DNA of 64,000 nucleotides, taken from positions 631-64,630 of the forward strand of contig JBGCFT010000088.1 of the NCBI GenBank assembly GCA_045107085.1, read 5' to 3'. Position numbers and translations under genes: made by a program. The notes below the pieces were generated by a model that saw only the letters and a list, made by a program, of their open reading frames with translations, did no database searches and was not told where the DNA came from. Shown in pieces: positions 1-6,430 of this stretch (its first letter is position 1; each line of letters starts with the position of its first letter). The DNA is from Marinicellaceae bacterium (GTDB taxonomy: Bacteria > Pseudomonadota > Gammaproteobacteria > Xanthomonadales > Marinicellaceae).

Positions 1-239
1 CTCGAATCCGAGCGATGTACACTCATCCAAAATGGGTCCGTTGTGGAATCGGTTCACTGTTAATAGAATTGGGAGAGTTCGCTGCACGAAAAGCAGGTTT
101 TAAAACCATAGAGCTTGGATCAACACTGGCAGGTGAGCCATTCTATCTGGCAAAAGGCTTCAAAGAAACCAGTCGTATCACTGACATTGCAGGCAATGGA
201 GCAGAAAATGTTGTGATTACAATGGTTAAAGGATTATGA
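1..239 (+). CDS. GNAT family N-acetyltransferase, C-terminal part (5' end lies outside window)
   Basis: The reading frame is open to the window edge. It shows VRCGIGSLL (acetyl-CoA loop type R/Q-x-x-G-x-G/A) followed by AARKAGF...YLAKGF, typical of a GNAT C-terminal half. Confidence 0.7.
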   Translation, partial: RIRAMYTHPKWVRCGIGSLLIELGEFAARKAGFKTIELGSTLAGEPFYLAKGFKETSRITDIAGNGAENVVITMVKGL

Positions 240-254
240 TGTTTATATTAATAC

Positions 255-512
255 ATGACAACAATAAGAGCAGTAAATTCAATGACAAGTGATTTAAATT
301 TTACCTATATAAAACAGAATGATGATTACCATATTTTTCACCATGGAAAAAAAGCCACCATACTAAGAGGTAACAAAGCCTTAGATTTTCAAGCAGATAT
401 CGAAACATTAAGCAACAAGGATTTACAACAGTTGATGGCACGTTTAACAGGTAATTATAAGCATGGCAATGAAAGAACAGCTAAAAACCATCCACGTAAT
501 CGTATTCCTTAA
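255..512 (+). CDS. small conserved hypothetical protein
   Basis: 85-aa ORF starting 16 nt after the GNAT stop. The C-terminal LMARLTGNYKHGNER resembles a small protein family I recall from other proteobacteria. Function unknown. Confidence 0.45.
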   Translation: MTTIRAVNSMTSDLNFTYIKQNDDYHIFHHGKKATILRGNKALDFQADIETLSNKDLQQLMARLTGNYKHGNERTAKNHPRNRIP

Positions 513-622
513 ACCATTTAGTTTTAAAGTGTTAAACATAAAGACATTAATTAATATAAGCCGTACAGCTTTATAGAATAAATAATCTTTTTGGTGTAGA
601 TTAATATGATTTAAAATTTATC

Positions 623-2587
623 TTGAGACAACCCATTATAAATATTGGTATTCTTGCACATGTTGATGCAGGCAAAACCACAATCACTGAACAAATGTTA
701 TTTGCTTCAGGTACTATGCGTTCAATCGGCAGTGTGGATAAAGGCACTGCAACTACAGATAACTTAACAGTAGAAAAAGAGCGAGGCATTTCCGTTCGTG
801 TCGCTACTGCCAGCTTCGAATACAATGGCACAAAAGTTAACATAATAGACACACCAGGTCATGTTGATTTTTGTGGAGAAGTGGAGCGATCATTGTTGGC
901 ATTGGATGCCGTTATCTTGGTAGTCAGCGCCGTTGAAGGTGTACAAGGACACACGATTACATTGTTTTATGCGATTAAAAACCTAAATATTCCCTGTATT
1001 ATATTTATCAACAAAATTGACAGAAAAGGTGCCGATGTCAATCTTGTTATGCAACAAATCGAGAGCGAGCTTTCTGATAAATCCGTTTTATTGCAACAAG
1101 CCAATCAACAAGGCAGCAATGCGGTACAAATTAAATCTTTGTTTTCTCACAAAGGTTTAATTCCTGAATCCATTACTGAAAAAATTGTTGAAACAAACGA
1201 AGGGCTATTAGAAAAATATTTAGAAGGAGATGAGATCTCTTTCAATCAAATCGATCAAGCCTTACAAAATGCCGTAGCAAAATGTCAATTAATCCCTATT
1301 TTATTGGGTGTGGCAAAATCATCAATTGGACTTTCTGAATTAACCCATGCCATTACACACTACTTTCCACAATCAAAAGACCAAGATAGTGCTGCACTCT
1401 CTGCATTAGTGTTTAAAGTTGAGCACGATAAATCATTGGGCAAAATGTGTTATATCAGGGTTTTTAAAGGCACAATACAACCACGTGATGTGTTGCAAAA
1501 ATCAAGCAGCAGCAATGATGAATCTCAAAAAGTAGGACAAATAAAATCAATCCTTAAAGGCAAATATGTCGATCAAGAAAATATATCATCGGGAGATATT
1601 GGCGTTGTTTCTGGGTTAAGACATGCCCAAGTCGGTGATATATTTGGTGAGAATATTAAAGGTTTTGAAAATTATAGTCTTTCAACACCAATGCTGACTG
1701 TTCAAGTCAAGCCAGAAAAGCCTGCTGAAATAATGGACTTAGTGAAAGCGTTAACCGAATTATCGGATGAAGATCCGATGTTAGATTTGCAATGGTTGTC
1801 AGATATTCGAGAATTACACATTAAGATTACGGGCATTATTCAAATTGAAATACTAGAAGCCGTGCTAAAGGACAGATTTGAATTGAATACAAAATTTTCC
1901 GACCCATCAATCATTTACAAAGAAACGCCAGCACAAACAGTCTATGGATACGAACGTTACTGGATGCCAAAACCCTGTTGGGCCATTCTTAAACTAAAAA
2001 TAGAACCCGCTGAACGTGGCAGCGGCGTGAGTTATTCATCTGAAGTCAGTACCAATGATGTGGCTGCCAAATACCAAAACGAAATTGAAGCCACAATCGA
2101 TTCAGCATTAAAACAAGGCGTAAAAGGTTGGCAAGTCACAGACTGCAAGATTACACTGGTCGAAGGTGAAGACCACAATGTCCATTCTCGCAGCGGAGAC
2201 TTTATCATTGCAACACCTATGGCCATCATGAATGGCCTGCAAGAATCAGGCACAACATTATTAGAGCCTATTGTGTCATTTAGCATTATTGCACCTTTGG
2301 ATTTATTAGGAACAATCACCAGCGACATCACCAAAATGCGCGGAACATTTGAAAGCCCTCAAATAGAAAACAATCAATTCAAAATAACTGGAAATTTTCC
2401 TGCAGCCACTACCATTAATTACCCTATTCGCCTTGCTTCATTAAGCGCAGGAAAAGCCAAACTCACCACAAAATTCGATAGCTACAAAGCCTGCACAGAT
2501 GAACAAGGTCAAATCAGAAAATACAAAGGCATCAACCCATTAGATAGAGATAAATGGATATTGCATGCCCGAGGAGCGATTAAGTGA
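623..2587 (+). CDS. translational GTPase of the TetM/TetO ribosomal protection protein type (EF-G-like)
   Basis: G1 AHVDAGKT, G3 DTPGH and G4 NKID are present. The N-terminus IINIGILAHVDAGKTTITEQ...GSVDKGTATTDNLTVEKERGISV parallels TetM (GSVDKGTTRTDN..ERQRGITI) rather than EF-G (GEVHDGAATMDW). Length is 654 aa and the start is TTG. Confidence 0.8.
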   Translation: MRQPIINIGILAHVDAGKTTITEQMLFASGTMRSIGSVDKGTATTDNLTVEKERGISVRVATASFEYNGTKVNIIDTPGHVDFCGEVERSLLALDAVILVVSAVEGVQGHTITLFYAIKNLNIPCIIFINKIDRKGADVNLVMQQIESELSDKSVLLQQANQQGSNAVQIKSLFSHKGLIPESITEKIVETNEGLLEKYLEGDEISFNQIDQALQNAVAKCQLIPILLGVAKSSIGLSELTHAITHYFPQSKDQDSAALSALVFKVEHDKSLGKMCYIRVFKGTIQPRDVLQKSSSSNDESQKVGQIKSILKGKYVDQENISSGDIGVVSGLRHAQVGDIFGENIKGFENYSLSTPMLTVQVKPEKPAEIMDLVKALTELSDEDPMLDLQWLSDIRELHIKITGIIQIEILEAVLKDRFELNTKFSDPSIIYKETPAQTVYGYERYWMPKPCWAILKLKIEPAERGSGVSYSSEVSTNDVAAKYQNEIEATIDSALKQGVKGWQVTDCKITLVEGEDHNVHSRSGDFIIATPMAIMNGLQESGTTLLEPIVSFSIIAPLDLLGTITSDITKMRGTFESPQIENNQFKITGNFPAATTINYPIRLASLSAGKAKLTTKFDSYKACTDEQGQIRKYKGINPLDRDKWILHARGAIK

Positions 2588-2603
2588 TTAATATGAAATA
2601 TTA

Positions 2604-2636
2604 CTCACTTCCATGCTCCTGCGTGGGAATGCATAG
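2604..2636 (+). repeat. REP-type imperfect palindromic repeat, forward copy (diverged)
   Basis: CTCACTTCCATGCTCCTGCGTGGGAATGCATAG. It differs at 3 positions from the copies at 3313 and 4398. The internal hairpin is TTCCATGC/GCGTGGGAA. Confidence 0.8.
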
Positions 2637-2674
2637 CTTCAAAGAAATAAAAGACTAACAAATTAAATCAAATA

Positions 2675-2731
2675 ATGGATGATCGATATAAGATAACTGA
2701 ACCAGAAAATCCAAACTTTCTAAAACTGTGA
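2675..2731 (+). pseudogene. RAYT 5' remnant (MDDRYKITEPENPNFLKL*)
   Basis: Aligns to MGRSRYKITDPESPHFLTL of the intact RAYT. It ends in a premature TGA, and downstream sequence shows further deletions. Confidence 0.65.
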
Positions 2732-2792
2732 ATAAGTCACTAGAATATTAAGAAAAAAGGATTAAGTAATAAATTCAAGAATAGAGTTTAAT

Positions 2793-2823
2793 ATGCATTC
2801 CCACGCAGGAGCATGGGAACGAG
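2793..2823 (-). repeat. REP-type repeat, reverse copy
   Basis: ATGCATTCCCACGCAGGAGCATGGGAACGAG, the reverse complement of the forward REP consensus. Confidence 0.85.
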
Positions 2824-2924
2824 TTTGAAAGTAACTTTATTCTTAATTTCTAGTATATATGATAGAATGAAAGCTCACTAAAATTTAAAAATAATATCGA
2901 TTAATAGGTAATTAATTGCTAAAT

Positions 2925-3305
2925 ATGGCTGAAATATATAAAGAACATTTAGAAGAAATTATGAATTCAAATTTCGAAATAATTGATGGATTGATATTGC
3001 GAAAAGGAGCGTGGTCTGCCAAAACTCTAAATGACTGGCAAAGAACATTTATCGATGATAGGGAAATAGAATCTATTATTAACCATGTGACTCTTGTTCA
3101 GTTTTATTGGCTTAAGGACGATGAATATCTTGAACATAATGATCTTCTTGTTATAGGTAAGCAAATAAAAGAAGCATGGGAAACTGAACTAAACAAAACA
3201 TACCCTGAGAAAAGCATAGAGGTTTTTTTTAACTCAGATATGGAAAAAGATGGATTTATTGGAAACATGAATGTTACTGTTTGTCATTCAAATAATGATA
3301 CTTAA
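2925..3305 (+). CDS. hypothetical protein (orphan ORF A between RAYT units 1 and 2)
   Basis: 127-aa ORF from the ATG (the track start is a TTG at 2916). It fills the spacer between REP 2823 and REP 3313. No motif recognised. Confidence 0.5.
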   Translation: MAEIYKEHLEEIMNSNFEIIDGLILRKGAWSAKTLNDWQRTFIDDREIESIINHVTLVQFYWLKDDEYLEHNDLLVIGKQIKEAWETELNKTYPEKSIEVFFNSDMEKDGFIGNMNVTVCHSNNDT

Positions 3306-3312
3306 AACTTAT

Positions 3313-3345
3313 CTCGTTCCCATGCTCCTGCGTGGGAATGCATAG
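3313..3345 (+). repeat. REP-type repeat, forward copy
   Basis: CTCGTTCCCATGCTCCTGCGTGGGAATGCATAG. Confidence 0.85.
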
Positions 3346-3384
3346 TTTCAAAGATATAAATTACTAACAAATAAAACAAAATTC

Positions 3385-3918
3385 ATGGGAAGAAGTCGAT
3401 ATAAAATAACAGACCCAGAAAGTCCGCACTTTCTAACATTAACAGTGTTACATTGGATACCCGTATTCACACGACCTGATACAGTAAACATTCTAATAGA
3501 GTCATTAAATTATTTACAAAAAAAAGGTTTGAAAATTTATTCATATGTGTTTTTAGAAAATCACATTCATCTAATAGCACAAAGCAGCCAGTTGGATAAA
3601 GACATAGCTAGATTTAAATCATTTACTGCAAAAGCCATTATTAAATATCTTATAGAAAATAATGTAAAACAAATTCTAGATCAATTAAGGTTTTATAAAA
3701 AGCACCATAAATCAGATAGAGAATTACAGTTTTGGCAAGAAGGCACACATCCTGAATTGATTCAATCTGAAGGAATGATGCATCAGAAGATAAAATACAT
3801 ACACCAAAACCCAGTAAAAAGAGGATATGTTGATCTAGCTGAGCATTGGAGATATTCAAGTGCAAGAGACTACCTTGATAAGAATGGACTGTTAGTAATA
3901 TATAAAGAATGGAGTTAA
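3385..3918 (+). CDS. REP-associated tyrosine transposase (RAYT; IS200/IS605-like Y1 HUH transposase)
   Basis: HUH motif in ENHIHLIAQ, catalytic-Tyr region KYIHQNPVKRGYV, and the C-terminal WRYSSARDY typical of RAYTs. It is flanked by inverted REP copies. Confidence 0.85.
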   Translation: MGRSRYKITDPESPHFLTLTVLHWIPVFTRPDTVNILIESLNYLQKKGLKIYSYVFLENHIHLIAQSSQLDKDIARFKSFTAKAIIKYLIENNVKQILDQLRFYKKHHKSDRELQFWQEGTHPELIQSEGMMHQKIKYIHQNPVKRGYVDLAEHWRYSSARDYLDKNGLLVIYKEWS

Positions 3919-3920
3919 GT

Positions 3921-3951
3921 ATGCATTCCCACGCAGGGGCATGGGAACGAG
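3921..3951 (-). repeat. REP-type repeat, reverse copy
   Basis: ATGCATTCCCACGCAGGGGCATGGGAACGAG, starting 3 nt after the RAYT stop. Confidence 0.85.
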
Positions 3952-3989
3952 TTTAAATGTGTAATAATTGAGTTGATAAGAGAGCTAAT

Positions 3990-4370
3990 ATGGGAACAGA
4001 TGTTCATGGTTATGTTGAAGTAAATTGTGTAAAAATTTCAGGTTTATGTCAGTGGTCTGATGTATTAGATATTGGCCTTATTGTTGAGCGAAATTATGAT
4101 GTTTTTGGACAATTATTTGGGGTTCGTAATGAATACGAAACATTTGGAATTGCAAACAAAAGAGGAATGCCAGAAGAATCGAGTAATATAAGAAGGTTTG
4201 ATAATAATAGATTACATGGACATACTTGGATATATTGGGAAGAAATAGTTGATGTATTATCAGATTTACCAACATTAGAAGGATGGAAAGCTGTATTCTC
4301 TGTTATGGAATTATTATTTGAGCAATATGGTAAAAAAAGCACCAGGCTAGTTGTTTGTTTTGATAACTAA
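3990..4370 (+). CDS. hypothetical protein (orphan ORF B between RAYT units 2 and 3)
   Basis: 126-aa ORF filling the spacer between REP 3951 and REP 4398. No motif recognised. Confidence 0.5.
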   Translation: MGTDVHGYVEVNCVKISGLCQWSDVLDIGLIVERNYDVFGQLFGVRNEYETFGIANKRGMPEESSNIRRFDNNRLHGHTWIYWEEIVDVLSDLPTLEGWKAVFSVMELLFEQYGKKSTRLVVCFDN

Positions 4371-4397
4371 ATTGGATTTTTTTGATTAGTACAATTA

Positions 4398-4430
4398 CTC
4401 GTTCCCATGCTCCAGCGTGGGAATGCATAG
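4398..4430 (+). repeat. REP-type repeat, forward copy
   Basis: CTCGTTCCCATGCTCCAGCGTGGGAATGCATAG. Confidence 0.85.
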
Positions 4431-4466
4431 TTTCGAAAATATAAATAATTAACAAATAAAAAAGTC

Positions 4467-4583
4467 ATGGGACGATGTCGATACAAAATCACAGAACCAG
4501 AAAACCCACACTTTCTAACATTAACAGTATTACATTGGTTGTTTATTTTTACACGCCCAACAACAGTAAATATTTTGATTGAA
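4467..4583 (+). pseudogene. RAYT 5' remnant (first 39 codons)
   Basis: MGRCRYKITEPENPHFLTLTVLHWLFIFTRPTTVNILIE matches the intact MGRSRYKITDPESPHFLTLTVLHWIPVFTRPDTVNILIE at about 32 of 39 positions by eye. The frame then runs into the REP. Confidence 0.8.
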
Positions 4584-4584
4584 T

Positions 4585-4615
4585 ATGCATTCCCACGCAG
4601 GAGCATGGGAACGAG
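4585..4615 (-). repeat. REP-type repeat, reverse copy
   Basis: ATGCATTCCCACGCAGGAGCATGGGAACGAG. Confidence 0.85.
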
Positions 4616-4675
4616 ATCAAAAATATAAACTATGCTAAACTACATCAATTCGTTTTATAATATAGAGACACAACT

Positions 4676-5284
4676 ATGGACTTTTCAAAACTACCATCAA
4701 CCGCTTATTTCAAAGCATTAAATCGTTCAAATTTTATGGACCACGGTATTAAGGCTTTATGGGATGGTTGTCCGCTTTTATCGGGTCCTGCTTTTACGGT
4801 GCAATTGGCAGCGGGTGATAATTTGATGTTTCATTCGGCCATTTATGAGGCGCCAAAAGGATCTGTGATTGTCGCAGATGCAGTAGATTGTGAATTTGCC
4901 ATTGCTGGCGGTAATGTGTGTGCGGTGGCACAAAAAAGAGGCATTGCTGGTTTTATTATTGATGGTGTGATTCGAGACCTGGGTGAAATTAGAGACGCGC
5001 GTTTTCCAGTTTTTGCCCGCGGTGTGGTACCTGTTCCTGGCAAAAAGAATTTCATCAGCCCTTTAAATAAGCCAATCAGATGTGGTGGCGCACATGTCAG
5101 TGGTGGTGATTATATTGTCGCAGATGAAGACGGTGTGGTCGTTATTCCTGCCGATAAAGCAGAAGAATATAATAAAATTGCTGAAGCGACCGAAGAAAAA
5201 GAACAAAATACGACATTGGAAGAATGGGAAATAGCGCACAGAAAAAAAATAGCCAATTTATTAAGCTCCAAACGGTCAGAATGA
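4676..5284 (+). CDS. RraA family protein (RNase E regulator A / 4-hydroxy-4-methyl-2-oxoglutarate aldolase-like)
   Basis: LLSGPAFTVQLAAGDNLMFHSAIYEAPKGSVIVADA...AIAGGNVCAVAQKRGIAGFIIDGVIRD...FPVFARG matches the RraA-fold signature as I remember it. Confidence 0.7.
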   Translation: MDFSKLPSTAYFKALNRSNFMDHGIKALWDGCPLLSGPAFTVQLAAGDNLMFHSAIYEAPKGSVIVADAVDCEFAIAGGNVCAVAQKRGIAGFIIDGVIRDLGEIRDARFPVFARGVVPVPGKKNFISPLNKPIRCGGAHVSGGDYIVADEDGVVVIPADKAEEYNKIAEATEEKEQNTTLEEWEIAHRKKIANLLSSKRSE

Positions 5285-5820
5285 GATTCAGTGTTAAACC
5301 CGTAAAAATCCAAACAGATATTAATTCGAATAAAGTAAAGATTTCAAGTAAGCCATCAGTCTATTATATTGTTTTCTTTATTGCAGGATTAATCGGCCTA
5401 TTTTCATTGCCGTATTCTGAGTATCGACATGATTATTTTGCATACATGGGATTAATTTTTGTGCTTGTTATAACCAGCTACTATTTCGTTACTTGTTTAC
5501 AAGAAACTGTCTTTGAAAACAAAACTAACATAACCGTAAGAAAAGGATTTAAAAAGTGGAATATACCATTTGAAGTGGTTTCTGGCGGTTATACTTCTTA
5601 TAAAAAATCTACATCTCAAGCCAGTTTAGAAAGAACCCATTATTTAAATTTTGAACTAAAAGTTAATTTACCAAATAATTCCAATCATTGGATTAGAAAT
5701 GGACACGCCAATGTTTTTCGCTATGGATTTAATGAATGGGGCGACGAGCAAAATAAGATTTGGGATGAACTAAATGCCATTCTTAACGAAAAAGGCATAC
5801 CAAATCAAACGCCAGAATAA
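5281..5820 (+). CDS. hypothetical membrane protein (two predicted TM helices)
   Basis: The ATG at 5281 overlaps the RraA-like TGA stop (ATGA). Hydrophobic stretches are VYYIVFFIAGLIGLFSL and YMGLIFVLVITSYYFV. The track start at 5224 lies inside the upstream gene. Confidence 0.5.
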   Translation: MRFSVKPVKIQTDINSNKVKISSKPSVYYIVFFIAGLIGLFSLPYSEYRHDYFAYMGLIFVLVITSYYFVTCLQETVFENKTNITVRKGFKKWNIPFEVVSGGYTSYKKSTSQASLERTHYLNFELKVNLPNNSNHWIRNGHANVFRYGFNEWGDEQNKIWDELNAILNEKGIPNQTPE

Positions 5821-5826
5821 AACAAC

Positions 5827-6426
5827 ATGAAACCAACAGACATTGGAAAAGCCTATAATCAAATTACGCACCTTTGGGAATGTGAAGACTTCAATCGTGA
5901 AAACGGTATAGATCAACACAAAAGGGCTGTTGGGTTTGTGAAAAACCGTGGTAAAGCGCTTGATGTGGGTTGCGGTAGCACAGGACGAATCATTCAACTG
6001 TTAATTGAAGAAGGTTTTACTCCTGAAGGCATTGATATCTCTGAATCTATGATTACATTGGCGAAACAAAAGCACCCAGATATCACTTTTCACAATCATG
6101 ACATTTGTGAATGGCAAATTACTGAAACATTTGATTTCATCAGTGCATGGGACAGTATTTGGCATTTGTCACCAAGATTGCAAGAAAAAGTTATCAAAAA
6201 ATTGATTAACGCTCTAAATGTAAATGGCGTGATGATATTTTCATTTGGTGGATTAGATAAAACAGATGAACACACAGACAACGCCATGGGTGTTGACATG
6301 TATTATTCAACATTGGGAATTAATGCTTATTTAAGTTTAATCATGAAACAAAACAGTATCTGCCGTCATTTAGAAAATGACCAAGGTTCAAAGGGGCACA
6401 CCTATGTTATTGTTCAAAAAATTTAA
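5827..6426 (+). CDS. class I SAM-dependent methyltransferase
   Basis: Motif I ALDVGCGSTGRI, an acidic post-I residue (EGIDIS), and a typical length of about 200 aa. Confidence 0.7.
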   Translation: MKPTDIGKAYNQITHLWECEDFNRENGIDQHKRAVGFVKNRGKALDVGCGSTGRIIQLLIEEGFTPEGIDISESMITLAKQKHPDITFHNHDICEWQITETFDFISAWDSIWHLSPRLQEKVIKKLINALNVNGVMIFSFGGLDKTDEHTDNAMGVDMYYSTLGINAYLSLIMKQNSICRHLENDQGSKGHTYVIVQKI

Positions 6427-6430
6427 ACCA

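Larger units (their letters stand above)
2604..2823 (+). mobile_element. decayed REP-bounded RAYT unit 1 (220 bp, non-autonomous)
   Basis: A forward REP (2604-2636) and a reverse REP (2793-2823) bracket sequence alignable to the leader and first codons of the intact RAYT at 3385. Confidence 0.75.
3313..3951 (+). mobile_element. intact REP-flanked RAYT unit 2
   Basis: Forward REP 3313-3345, RAYT CDS 3385-3918 and reverse REP 3921-3951, the canonical RAYT arrangement. Confidence 0.85.
4398..4615 (+). mobile_element. internally deleted REP-bounded RAYT unit 3 (218 bp, non-autonomous)
   Basis: Forward REP 4398-4430, the RAYT leader plus its first 39 codons, then a direct junction into reverse REP 4585-4615. 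Confidence 0.8.

Noticed and set aside
1-512. The GNAT gene plus adjacent small ORF as a GNAT-toxin/antitoxin (TacT/AtaT-like) module
   Set aside because: The small ORF lies downstream rather than upstream of the GNAT gene. It shows no ribbon-helix-helix or DUF1778-like features, and the GNAT gene is truncated by the window edge, so nothing supports the call.
4367-4606. 79-aa minus-strand ORF (MLLRGNAYS...FPRWSMGTS)
   Set aside because: It is read through two REP hairpins and antisense to the RAYT remnant. The peptide motifs are the typical translation artefacts of this repeat family.
2604-4615. A repeat cluster that might be mistaken for a CRISPR array
   Set aside because: The repeats alternate in orientation and are internally palindromic. 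The spacing is irregular (about 160, 490, 575, 445 and 155 bp), and the intervals contain a transposase gene, its remnants and ORFs. This is REP/RAYT architecture, not direct repeats with short spacers.
5224-5280. The longer start (5224) for the membrane protein ORF
   Set aside because: It would place 57 nt inside the RraA-like gene. The ATG at 5281 forms a classic ATGA stop/start overlap.
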